Part shown: positions 8,228 through 16,904 of the stretch, one piece after another | How positions within the stretch are numbered: position 1 is the stretch's first letter | How the letters are laid out: every line of letters begins with the position of its first letter | Origin: Aquifex aeolicus VF5 | GTDB lineage: Bacteria > Aquificota > Aquificia > Aquificales > Aquificaceae | DNA: 32,000 nt | Direction of reading: 5' to 3' | NCBI RefSeq assembly: GCF_000008625.1 | Contig: NC_000918.1 | Location: 330,001 to 362,000, forward strand | Position numbers and translations under genes: made by a program | Notes under the pieces: model-generated | The model's database searches: none | What the model was told of the DNA's origin: nothing | What the model saw: only the letters and a program-made list of their open reading frames with translations

Positions 8228-9604
8228 TTATTTTAAGAGTTCTAAACCCTTCTGGATAATCTTTTCCACCTCTTCCTTGGTTGGAGTTTCTGCGTAAACC
8301 CTTATTAGCGGTTCCGTTCCCGAAGGTCTCATAAGAAGCCAAGAATCGTCCTCAAACACAAACTTAACACCGTCTATAGTTTTCACTTCCCTTACCTTAA
8401 ACTCCCCTATCCTTTCCGGCGGATTTTCCTTCAGCTCTTTTATTCTTCCCTTTATCTTTTCCTTAACTCTCAAATCCACCCTCTTGTAATACGCCTCTCC
8501 GAAACGTTCGAATATCTCCGCAACAACCTCCGAGACTTTTTTGTCCTTAAGATAAAGGAGTTCTAAAATGTTCAGAGCAGAAAATATTCCGTCTCTCTCC
8601 GGAAGGTATTCAGGTATACCGTAGCCTCCTGACTCCTCTCCTCCGAATATAACTCCTCCTTCTTTAAGGATTATTTCGTTTATGTTTTTAAAACCGACTC
8701 CGACTTCTATTAACGGAACTCCAAACTCCTTACAGATCCTGTCCGCCAGATAAGTTGTTGAAACCGTCTTTACCACTTTTCCCCTCTTTCCCTTATTTTC
8801 AAGAAGGTGGAGGAGGAGCATTGCGTATATGAGCTGGGTGTTTACGTAATTTCCCTTATCGTCCACAAGTGCTATCCTGTCTCCGTCCCCGTCGTTTGCA
8901 ATCCCGAGCTCCGCACCAAGAGCCCTAACTTTCTCTTTTGTAATTTCCATATACTTCTCTATCGGCTCAGGTGGATGTCCCCCAAAGAGAGGATCTCTAT
9001 CCTTCCTTATGTTTATTACGCTGACCTTCGTATCCCTGAGTACAAAATCGAGAAGTCCAGAAGACGTGCCGTGCATGGAATCGTGAACTACAAGCGTTTT
9101 CTTCTCTTTGAATAAATCCATATCGAAGAATTCCCTTATTTTTTCCACGTACTTTTTCCTGACTTCCTGATATTCGGGCTCGAACTCTTTTATCTCTACA
9201 CTTTCTATATCCTTGACTTTTTCTTCAACGTTTTTTACAAATTCCGGAGTTGCGGAACCTCCGAAACTTTCTTTAATCTTGTACCCGTTGTAAGCCGGTG
9301 GATTGTGAGAAGCCGTAATCATAACCCCGTTTTCATATCCGAGATACTTTACAGCGAAAGAAACCATAGGCGTAGTACAGGCACTTCCAACTAGTTTCGC
9401 CTCAAGTCCCTCACTTCTAAATACGTCGTAAACAGCTTTAGCAAAATCTTCAGAACGAAAACGCCAGTCGTACCCGACTATTACACGTTTTACCCCTTTT
9501 TCCTTTAAAACTTCCGCGTGCGCCTTTGCAACTCTCCTTACATTATCAAAGTTAAACTCTTCCGCTATCCTTGCCCTCCACCCATCCGTCCCGAACTTAA
9601 TCAT
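8228..9604 (-). CDS. Phosphoglucomutase/phosphomannomutase (alpha-D-phosphohexomutase)
   Basis: Start at ATG 9604-9602 (MIKFGTDGWR). Motifs: TASHNPPAYNGYK phosphoserine loop, NDGDGDR Mg loop, GGEESGG sugar loop. The track ORF extension to 9727 is non-coding upstream sequence. Confidence 0.9.
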   Translation of the reverse strand: MIKFGTDGWRARIAEEFNFDNVRRVAKAHAEVLKEKGVKRVIVGYDWRFRSEDFAKAVYDVFRSEGLEAKLVGSACTTPMVSFAVKYLGYENGVMITASHNPPAYNGYKIKESFGGSATPEFVKNVEEKVKDIESVEIKEFEPEYQEVRKKYVEKIREFFDMDLFKEKKTLVVHDSMHGTSSGLLDFVLRDTKVSVINIRKDRDPLFGGHPPEPIEKYMEITKEKVRALGAELGIANDGDGDRIALVDDKGNYVNTQLIYAMLLLHLLENKGKRGKVVKTVSTTYLADRICKEFGVPLIEVGVGFKNINEIILKEGGVIFGGEESGGYGIPEYLPERDGIFSALNILELLYLKDKKVSEVVAEIFERFGEAYYKRVDLRVKEKIKGRIKELKENPPERIGEFKVREVKTIDGVKFVFEDDSWLLMRPSGTEPLIRVYAETPTKEEVEKIIQKGLELLK

Positions 9605-10221
9605 AATGGAATATTGTATTATTCTTTTTCTGCTGCATTCTGCTTTACATAGAAAGGTAATTTTTCGTATATCTTTCTGTAAAGGTCGAAGGGTCTTCCT
9701 GCTAATTGTCCTATATCCCTGCTCCAAGGAGCTAAAGAAAAAGAAGCTATTTGTTTTACATCTCTTAGATTAAATATTCTAAGTGGTATACGTACAAAAA
9801 CCCCTTTGTCGTGGTAATTTTTATTAGGTCCCGTAAAGTCTGAAGTGTCTGAGTATGTATACCAGAACCCAACTTCAAAACCTTTGACTATTCTTGATAC
9901 TTCTATTCGTACACCTTTATCACCGGCTAGAAATCTACCCGCTTTCACACTAAATAACAGTTGAGGTTTTCTCGTCATATAGTAAGCCGATACGTAGAAA
10001 TCGTAAAAATCCCAATCTTTTCTAATCCCTAAAAACACGTCTGGCTTCCTTTTCCAGACGTAATCTCCCCCTATCCCCAAAGCAAACCTGCTGTCTCCGA
10101 AAAGGTGTAATACATCTCCCTACTTTAAATAATACACATGCATTAAAAATAGGAAAAAAGCAACTACAACTTTGTTATAGTGTAAACAGTTAGCGCTGAC
10201 TGGTATATTATCTGGATTACA
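9077..10221. repeat. Repeat A : resident pgm 5' part / YjbH-like ORF / Wza-like 3' end matched by 17716-18860
   Basis: See repeat A'. Confidence 0.9.
9619..10080 (-). CDS. YjbH/GfcD-like outer-membrane polysaccharide protein, C-terminal-domain-sized ORF (possible gene fragment)
   Basis: 153 aa. GFEVGFWYTYSD...YHDKGVFVRIPL...LAPWSRDIGQ resembles the C-terminal end of the YjbH family. There is no ATG and no signal peptide, and the frame is closed by a stop 14 codons upstream of the TTG. Confidence 0.5.
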   Translation of the reverse strand: MGIGGDYVWKRKPDVFLGIRKDWDFYDFYVSAYYMTRKPQLLFSVKAGRFLAGDKGVRIEVSRIVKGFEVGFWYTYSDTSDFTGPNKNYHDKGVFVRIPLRIFNLRDVKQIASFSLAPWSRDIGQLAGRPFDLYRKIYEKLPFYVKQNAAEKE

Positions 10222-10583
10222 TCACGTATAAGCGGTCTCCACATGGTTGGTATTTTTATCTTCGTGGGTACTATTATTGCATCACCAGGCTCGAGCTTGT
10301 AATTCAGAATATCGTTATAAGCCCATCCCCAAATGAACCTTTTGCGTTCAGAATCCCATTCTATAAGACTTTTTCCGCTTTCCTGAGATATTGCTATTCC
10401 ATTTGCCTTGATTATGAATACGTTGTCTACGTCGGCATCTCTTGTAAAACCTCCGCTTAAAGCTATGTAATCCTTTACCTTCAGACCGGGTTTGTAAAGA
10501 ATTGCTGACGGATTCTGTACCTCTCCAAATACAAGTACAGCGGAAGGTTTTCTCGGCACGTAAATCATATCTCCATCTTCCAA
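10164..10583 (-). CDS. C-terminal SLBB-domain segment of the Wza/KpsD-like exporter (same frame as the upstream ORF, separated by one TAG)
   Basis: DGDMIYVPRK...VFGEVQNPSAILYKPG is an SLBB-type repeat. 10584-10613 is open and in frame with the 10614-10616 TAG that ends the 725-aa ORF. Confidence 0.6.
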   Translation of the reverse strand: MEDGDMIYVPRKPSAVLVFGEVQNPSAILYKPGLKVKDYIALSGGFTRDADVDNVFIIKANGIAISQESGKSLIEWDSERKRFIWGWAYNDILNYKLEPGDAIIVPTKIKIPTMWRPLIRDVIQIIYQSALTVYTITKL

Positions 10584-10613
10584 GATTATGTTGTAGGGAG
10601 AATTCTTAAGAGC

Positions 10614-12749
10614 CTATATATCGGGGGGTATATTAAGACCTACGAGCCTTCCCGTTACCTGTACTTTTTCCATTTCCTGAAGCAATCTTCTTTTTGCCGC
10701 AAAAGCCTCTTTGTAAGCTTCCTTTTGCTCTTTTGGCAATTCAGCCTGCATGTATCCGGCAATTTCCTTTTCCAGTTGGGCTTTTAGGAAAACCATCGCC
10801 TTGTTTAGCCTTTCTCTTTGCATTTGAGCTATAGATTCTCTCAGTATTACTATTCCCTTAGGATATGCCATGGGTTTGAAGCCACCCGCTGCCTTCAATA
10901 CATCATAAAGGGTAGTCCTTTCACCTATCTTGTAAACACCCGGCTTCCATACTTGACCATAAACGTAAACCTTTGTAACCGTTTCATCCTCTTTGACTCT
11001 TTTTACTACAATTTCCGTTCCTGGTTTTAATTTCACAAAACTCAAAGGAGAAGGATGTTTCCTTAAATCGTTGAGGTAGAAAACTTCAACCTTTTTATCC
11101 TGTTTCACTATAACTTTCAACTCTCCCAACGGGTACTTAAACTTAACCTGTGATATTGCTTCCTCGAGAGTTAATCCCGGTTTATAAGTAACCCAAAGTG
11201 GTCTTTCCACTTCACCGCTTATTCTTACAGGTTCGTATACAAACTCCGGATAAAACACTATCCTGTCCCAGGATTGGAGTTTGATATCTTTGGAACCGTT
11301 CAATACTTCAATAGGTTTGAACTTTATTATTTCCTCCCTTTGAAGCGTTTTCGGATTAAAGCGTTCTATCTCCGCATAATTCAGGTTCGTATCTTTAAGA
11401 ATTAGGTCCTTCTGGAGGATTTCGGAAATGTAACAATCATCGGAACAAGCTACAGGACCTGTATACTTGTAGTATCCTGAAACTAAAACGTAGTTTTTTA
11501 CCAAATTCAGATTTATTTTCTTTCCTACGCTTTGTCCTAATTTAAAGAATATTAACCTATCGTAAGGCTTCAGCTCCATATCTTCCTTTCCTGTAAGAAC
11601 TTTTTCAGGTGAAAAGGCTATGTACTTCGGGATGGATCCTTTGGGATATTGCCTTACGAGAACGGCAAATTTAAGGTTTGTATCCTTAAAGAAAAGATCG
11701 GGGTTCAGGATATCAGATAACTTTAAACCCTCCTTATACTCGTACACTCCCGGGAGTGTTACATAACCTTCTATACTGTACGAGTTTTCAGGTATATCAG
11801 CCGACTTTTTGATCAATACTAAATCCCCGTCTCTTAAATTTTCGTTCATAAAGGCTTTATTGGTTAGGGAATCCTCTATTATCCTCAGTTTTCCATTTTC
11901 GTATCTCTGGAGTATAACCTTGTACTGGTACGAGGAAGGAAGAAGACCACCTGCAAGTTCTATAAGATCCTTGATTGTTTCACCACCTTTTATCTCATAG
12001 ATTGCAGGTCTTTTAACCTCACCAGCTATAGCAACCGTAGGGCCTATTGGTTTAACTAGAATAGTATCACCATCTCTCAACGTAAGATCTATAGGTTTCC
12101 CTTTTATGAATACATCGTACAGGTCTATGTTATAGGTTTTCAAACCAGAAGGTGTTTTCCTTGTAAGGATGATATTCCTCAAAGATCCTGTCTTTTTTAC
12201 ACCACCTGCAATAGAAAGAGCGTCTATTACTGTGTTTACAGCCGTTGCTACGTGAGTTCCCGGTCTGTTTACTTCTCCTGCAACGTAAATCACAAAAGTT
12301 CTGATTTCCCCGACCGTTACCTTTAGATCCAGACCAAGTTCCTGTCTAAGGAGTTCCTCAGTTTCTTTTAACGTAAGTCCCCATACGTTAAAAACACCTA
12401 GGTTAGGAATGGAAATATTTCCTTCTCTGTCAACAATTGTCTTTATTACCGGGGGGATTTCTTGATTAGATGGAAGACCTACTATGTATATGATTACTTC
12501 GTCTCCTGGGCCAAGCTTGTAATTTTCGCTGACGGGAAGGACTAACTTTGATACGTCTAAAGGAGTCATAAAAAACTCGTACCCAAATTGTCTGAGAGGC
12601 GTACTGTTTCTGGAAGAAAACTCCTTTTCTATTTTGGATATCAAATTTTTATACTTTGGAAGTTTCTTAGGTTGAGGTTTATCTTTTGCGTATACAAATA
12701 AAAAAGCCGCAACGAAAATAAGGATAAGTGATCTAAGAAACACTTTCAT
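10614..12749 (-). CDS. Polysaccharide export protein, Wza/KpsD family with multiple SLBB repeats
   Basis: Start at ATG 12749 (MKVFLRSLILIFVAAFLFVYA signal peptide). Poly_export motif YKLGPGDEVIIYIVG...DREGNISIPNLG. Repeated V..GEV.RPG.Y SLBB-like units. Confidence 0.8.
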   Translation of the reverse strand: MKVFLRSLILIFVAAFLFVYAKDKPQPKKLPKYKNLISKIEKEFSSRNSTPLRQFGYEFFMTPLDVSKLVLPVSENYKLGPGDEVIIYIVGLPSNQEIPPVIKTIVDREGNISIPNLGVFNVWGLTLKETEELLRQELGLDLKVTVGEIRTFVIYVAGEVNRPGTHVATAVNTVIDALSIAGGVKKTGSLRNIILTRKTPSGLKTYNIDLYDVFIKGKPIDLTLRDGDTILVKPIGPTVAIAGEVKRPAIYEIKGGETIKDLIELAGGLLPSSYQYKVILQRYENGKLRIIEDSLTNKAFMNENLRDGDLVLIKKSADIPENSYSIEGYVTLPGVYEYKEGLKLSDILNPDLFFKDTNLKFAVLVRQYPKGSIPKYIAFSPEKVLTGKEDMELKPYDRLIFFKLGQSVGKKINLNLVKNYVLVSGYYKYTGPVACSDDCYISEILQKDLILKDTNLNYAEIERFNPKTLQREEIIKFKPIEVLNGSKDIKLQSWDRIVFYPEFVYEPVRISGEVERPLWVTYKPGLTLEEAISQVKFKYPLGELKVIVKQDKKVEVFYLNDLRKHPSPLSFVKLKPGTEIVVKRVKEDETVTKVYVYGQVWKPGVYKIGERTTLYDVLKAAGGFKPMAYPKGIVILRESIAQMQRERLNKAMVFLKAQLEKEIAGYMQAELPKEQKEAYKEAFAAKRRLLQEMEKVQVTGRLVGLNIPPDI

Positions 12750-13920
12750 TTTCCTGTCCCTCCACATTCTCACTGTATCTCTTCCTTGCATTATTTAACC
12801 ACTCCTTAAAGAATGCTAAGAATATACCTGTAAAAAGACCGCTTACAAAGGAAACAGCTAAGATTAAAGCTTTTTTAGGCTTTGCCGGTTTTTGAGGAAT
12901 ATAAGGAGGATCTATGATCTGGAATGATACGGATTCCTTCACTTCGTTTGCCTTTGCGATCTGATACTGCTGGAATAATGTGGAAAGCAGGTTTTTGAGT
13001 ACCTCAAATTGCCACTGGAGTTTCTGGTAATTGAATTGGTACTCAGGTAAATTTCTATTCATTCCCTTAGCTATTGGTATATTCCTTTCTAAGTTTTGCT
13101 TTAAATTACCAGGAATATCAAATTTATCGTTGTTCTCGTAATTTAAACTTTCTTTGAAGATTTTACTTATAAACCTCTCATCAACAACTATCGGTACTTC
13201 TTTTATCTCACCCTTTATAAACTTGAGGTAAACCTCTTCCAGAACCTTTTGTTTATTGAGCACTTCCTTTATCTGGTTTTCAAGAAATATCCTGTGCTTC
13301 TTGGCTAAAGACCAGCTTTTTTCGTTCAGTATCTTATAAGCCTCTTCCAAGGAAACCTGTGCAATTTTATACGCCATATGCGGATCTTCTGGAAATTCTA
13401 CTGAAAAAGTTATAGTTCCTGTTTTTTTATTTGAGGAAACAGAAATTAAGTCTTCTAACAATTCGGCTCCATCTAGAATTGTGGGAATATCTTCTGGTTC
13501 AAGATCTTGTCTCCAAGTATTCCTACTTTCGTCCCATAAATCCTTGAACAAGACAGGCATAAGGTTTAATTTCTCAATCACTCTTTCCCTTAAAGTTCTG
13601 CTTTTTAAAACGGACTCAACGGTTACTTTATCTGCAACAGATGGTAGGGGTACTGGAAGACCTTCCAGTATTGAGGGTAAATTTGTTTTTTCTCCGCCTA
13701 TAGGAAATATCACAGCTTCGGTTTTGTAAACCGGAGGAGCTATGAATACATATGCAACCGCACCTGCAATAAAGATAACTAGAGTAAGCAGTATAACCCT
13801 GAACCTTTTTTTAAGTACAACCCAGAGCTCATATAGATCTATTTCATCTTCCTCGTACATCGGATATCCTAACTTCTCACTCTTCCGATCAATACTCTTT
13901 TCTTCCATACTGGATATCAT
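12733..13920 (-). CDS. Wzz-type polysaccharide co-polymerase / chain-length determinant (no kinase domain)
   Basis: N-terminal EIDLYELWVVLKKRFRVILLTLVIFIAGAVAYVF (Wzz motif plus TM1), a long coiled periplasmic region, and C-terminal TM ALILAVSFVSGLFTGIFLAFF. The start is uncertain (ATG at 13920, 13908 or 13860). The track start at 14034 would overlap the divergent MNT gene. Confidence 0.75.
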   Translation of the reverse strand: MISSMEEKSIDRKSEKLGYPMYEEDEIDLYELWVVLKKRFRVILLTLVIFIAGAVAYVFIAPPVYKTEAVIFPIGGEKTNLPSILEGLPVPLPSVADKVTVESVLKSRTLRERVIEKLNLMPVLFKDLWDESRNTWRQDLEPEDIPTILDGAELLEDLISVSSNKKTGTITFSVEFPEDPHMAYKIAQVSLEEAYKILNEKSWSLAKKHRIFLENQIKEVLNKQKVLEEVYLKFIKGEIKEVPIVVDERFISKIFKESLNYENNDKFDIPGNLKQNLERNIPIAKGMNRNLPEYQFNYQKLQWQFEVLKNLLSTLFQQYQIAKANEVKESVSFQIIDPPYIPQKPAKPKKALILAVSFVSGLFTGIFLAFFKEWLNNARKRYSENVEGQENESVS

Positions 13921-13966
13921 TTTATATGATGCTAAATTGAGTGTCCGTATAAATTTTAAACTTACA

Positions 13967-14278
13967 ATGGCAAAGATTGAAACGATAGAAGATCTCAGGA
14001 AATATATAGAAGATTTTTTCAAACGGAGAAACAAGAAGGTAAAGGTTATACTTTTTGGTTCCAGAGCACGGGGAACGCATACATCATATTCAGATGTGGA
14101 TATTGCTATTTTGTCGGATGAAAATATAGATAACGATCTGATACTACTTAGAGAAGAAATAGAAAACTCATTGTTGCCTCAGAAAGTTGATATAGTCGGC
14201 TTTTCAAAACTTGAGGAGAGTTTTAAAGAAGAAATCCTAAAAGAGGGAAAAGTGTGGATAGACTTAACAAAATCCTAA
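13967..14278 (+). CDS. Minimal nucleotidyltransferase (MNT/MntA-type antitoxin)
   Basis: Start at ATG 13967 (MAKIETIEDL). GSRARGTHTSYSDVDIAIL is the G-S-x9-D-x-D pol-beta-fold NTase motif. About 103 aa. Confidence 0.85.
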   Translation: MAKIETIEDLRKYIEDFFKRRNKKVKVILFGSRARGTHTSYSDVDIAILSDENIDNDLILLREEIENSLLPQKVDIVGFSKLEESFKEEILKEGKVWIDLTKS

Positions 14279-14664
14279 AAGACTTTTCTTCAGCGGTAAA
14301 TAGATTAGAAAAAGCGATAAATAAAGCAAAAGAATTTAAAGGATCAGAGGAGTACTCCTTTTACAGAGATTCTGCCATACAAAGATTCGAGTTCACGTTT
14401 GAATTAATGTGGAAAGTACTGAAAGTATTTCTCGAAAAAGAAGGAATACTCTGTAGATCGCCTAGAAGTTGTATAAGAGCTTTCTTTAACGCAGGCTATT
14501 CCACAGAAGAAGAAACAAGACTTATGCTAAAAATGGTAGAGGATAGAAACTTAACCGTACACACTTACAACGAAAAGCTTGCTGAGGAAATATTCAGCAG
14601 ACTTGAGAGCTACGTAAAGATCTTTCGAAGCATTTATGAAACAATTGAGGATGGATCACATTAG
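14254..14664 (+). CDS. HEPN-domain protein, HI0074-like NTase substrate-binding family (HepT-type toxin)
   Basis: 136 aa. R-x4-H motif in EDRNLTVHTY. Overlaps the MNT gene by 25 nt, the usual MNT-HEPN operon layout. Confidence 0.85.
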   Translation: MDRLNKILKDFSSAVNRLEKAINKAKEFKGSEEYSFYRDSAIQRFEFTFELMWKVLKVFLEKEGILCRSPRSCIRAFFNAGYSTEEETRLMLKMVEDRNLTVHTYNEKLAEEIFSRLESYVKIFRSIYETIEDGSH

Positions 14665-14672
14665 ATATGAGT

Positions 14673-14717
14673 CAAGTATTGTTAACCTCAATTTACGAAA
14701 TACTTGTTGCTTTTTTT
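14673..14717 (+). terminator. Weak candidate intrinsic terminator after the HEPN gene
   Basis: Inverted repeat caagtatt (14673-14680) / aatacttg (14699-14706), followed by a T-run at 14711-14717. The stem is AT-rich and the loop is long. Confidence 0.25.
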
Positions 14718-14765
14718 ATTTGCTTTAAAGTACAATATTTGAAAGCAAGGGATTAGTTTACCTGA

Positions 14766-14995
14766 ATGAATGATGAGCTTTTTAAAAGCTACACACTGCA
14801 GGATTATATAAGAATGGTTGGAGAAGCTGTAAGTAAAGCTCTTGAAAATAAAGACAGCTTTATCATATTCTTCGGTAAGGAAATCTGAGGAGGACTTCCG
14901 ACATAGATGTGGGAATTTACTGCGGAAAGAAACTTGACCTTTGACTTACGTGAAGATACTGGAAGAGATTGAAGCTCTGCTGATGCTGAGAAAAA
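14766..14995 (+). pseudogene. Decayed second minimal-nucleotidyltransferase gene (at least 2 frameshifts)
   Basis: Frame 1 reads MNDELFKSYTLQDYIRMVGEAVSKALENKDSFIIFFGKEI*. The next frame continues RRTSDIDVGIYCGKKLDL*. A third frame reads LTYVKILEEIEALLML. Spliced together these resemble an FG-x-SDIDVGI NTase core. Confidence 0.4.
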
Positions 14996-15063
14996 AAAAG
15001 AAAAGATTTATAAGGCAATAAAGAAAGTGCGGGTAGCTTTTAGAAAAGAGATAAAGGGAAAAA

Positions 15064-16395
15064 GTGATTATGGGAATTGAGGAAAAACTTACTACTGCTT
15101 CTAAGATTAAAAGCCTTCTTAACATTCGGGAACAGGAAAAGGTTTTAGATGCATTAATAAGATCCTCTTTTATTAATATATTAGCAAGAGGTTTTGGCTA
15201 TTTAAAACACGTAACAATTGCAGTTGTTCTAGGGTTTAACCTTCAAACTGATGCTTTTTTTATGGCATTATCACTTATAGGTATATTTCTTATTTTTGCG
15301 GATGTTTTTGATTCCATAGGTGTTCCAAATTTGGTTGACGCAAGATTAAAAAGTCAGGAGGAGTTTAAGAAATTATCTGGATTGCTTTTTACCTTTACAC
15401 TAATATTAACTTTTTTAACAGGATTCTTAGCAATAGGTTTCTATCCATTCGTTCTTAAAATTCCTGTAGGATTTAATATGGAAGCTTTATCATATACGCA
15501 AGTGGCATATTTTTTACTACTTCCATACTTGCTTTTTAATTTTCTATTTCACCACTTTGGTGCTGTTCTCAGAAGTGTAAGAAGATTTACAGTTTACTTT
15601 GTAGGGGAATTTTTATTTTCCTTTTTTAGTTTTTTATTTATTTTCTTAGGTTTGATTTTTTATAATAAATGGCTTGTTTTACCATTGTCAATTTCATTTG
15701 CACAAATAATTGCCACACTTTATATGTTTTATGTAGGAAGAGAATTTATTCATATAAATTTTTTTCTAAATCAGACTACGAAAAAAATTTTAAATCATTT
15801 TTTTTATCTTTCAGCGTTATATGGAGTGCTTCATTTGTTTATTGTTATTGATAGAGCATTTGGTTCATTGCTTGGAGAGAAATCAATTTCCGCTATTCAT
15901 TACGGTTTAATAGTTGCCAGTATTCCAAGAGGAATAATAAGGCTTGAAAATATCGCTATAACTTCACTTTCTGAATCAAAAGGAGACATAAAAAAGTTGA
16001 ATTTTTATATAAAAAGAATTTTAATTGTTTCAGGAATATCATTATTATTTTTCTTTGTTTTTGCTGAAATTATTGTTAAACTTCTTTTTGGATATGGTGC
16101 TTTCACTCAAATGGATTTAATTCTTACAGTAGAAGCAACCAGATTTTACTCTTTAAGCCTTCCTTTTATGTTTTTATGGCCAATTTTATACAGAGTTTTC
16201 CAGATAAAGGAAAATTTGAAACCAGTGTTTTTTATAGCCATATCAGGAATAACTGTAAACGGTATTTTAAATTATTTTTTTGTGCTAAAACTTAATTATG
16301 GTATAAAAGGTATAGCACTTGGAACTTTAGGAGCGTATATTGTAATATGTAGTTTAAGTTATATAATACTTTATTATAAATACAGGAGAAATTAA
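15064..16395 (+). CDS. MOP-superfamily polysaccharide/lipid-linked-oligosaccharide flippase (MurJ/MviN/Wzx-like)
   Basis: 443 aa and very hydrophobic (about 12 TM segments). The N-terminal ARGFGYLKHVTIAVVLGFNLQTDAFFMALS resembles the MurJ/MviN signature. AT-rich. GTG at 15064 or ATG at 15070. Confidence 0.75.
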   Translation: MIMGIEEKLTTASKIKSLLNIREQEKVLDALIRSSFINILARGFGYLKHVTIAVVLGFNLQTDAFFMALSLIGIFLIFADVFDSIGVPNLVDARLKSQEEFKKLSGLLFTFTLILTFLTGFLAIGFYPFVLKIPVGFNMEALSYTQVAYFLLLPYLLFNFLFHHFGAVLRSVRRFTVYFVGEFLFSFFSFLFIFLGLIFYNKWLVLPLSISFAQIIATLYMFYVGREFIHINFFLNQTTKKILNHFFYLSALYGVLHLFIVIDRAFGSLLGEKSISAIHYGLIVASIPRGIIRLENIAITSLSESKGDIKKLNFYIKRILIVSGISLLFFFVFAEIIVKLLFGYGAFTQMDLILTVEATRFYSLSLPFMFLWPILYRVFQIKENLKPVFFIAISGITVNGILNYFFVLKLNYGIKGIALGTLGAYIVICSLSYIILYYKYRRN

Positions 16396-16866
16396 ATGGT
16401 AAAAAGTGATTATACAAGATGCCCAATTTGTGAAACTCAGAAGAATGTGAACCAGTATATAGACACTTACATTTCTCCTTTTAATAATCAGGAATATAAA
16501 CTCTACGAATGCTCAAATTGTAAACTCCAGTGGTGGGAACCATTAAAAATTATTCCTGAATTTTATGAAAATGAAGTTTTTGACTCCTATATTTCCTTCC
16601 ATGAAGGTATTAGAAGTAGAATAGGCAAAAATCATGAAGCTTTTTTCAAGTATGTCCCTAAAAATGTAAAAGGGAAATTGTTAGATATAGGGTGTGGAGA
16701 TGGAGTTTTTCTTAGAGAAGCTCAAAAATATGGATTTGAAGTGTGGGGAATAGATTTTGATAAAAAAAGTGTTGAAACTGCTAAAAAAAACTTAGGGGTT
16801 AAAACTATTTATGCGATGAGTCTTGAAGAATTTCATAAATTTGCTAAAGATAATAATATAAGATAA
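16396..16866 (+). CDS. Class I SAM-dependent methyltransferase with N-terminal zinc ribbon, C-terminally truncated
   Basis: CPIC...CSNC zinc ribbon, motif I LLDIGCGDGVF, post-I GIDFD. The ORF stops about 45 residues after motif I with motifs II/III missing, exactly where the murB-like repeat begins. Confidence 0.7.
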   Translation: MVKSDYTRCPICETQKNVNQYIDTYISPFNNQEYKLYECSNCKLQWWEPLKIIPEFYENEVFDSYISFHEGIRSRIGKNHEAFFKYVPKNVKGKLLDIGCGDGVFLREAQKYGFEVWGIDFDKKSVETAKKNLGVKTIYAMSLEEFHKFAKDNNIR

Positions 16867-16904
16867 AGAGTATTAAAGTAAAAGAAATTAATGAAAAATT
16901 TTTA

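Noticed and set aside
10614-10616. In-frame TAG as programmed recoding (pyrrolysine or suppression)
   Set aside because: No pyl genes or recoding signal are visible in the window, and this lineage has no known precedent. A nonsense mutation, sequencing error or reinitiation is the simpler explanation. It is kept as a finding only as a gene interruption.
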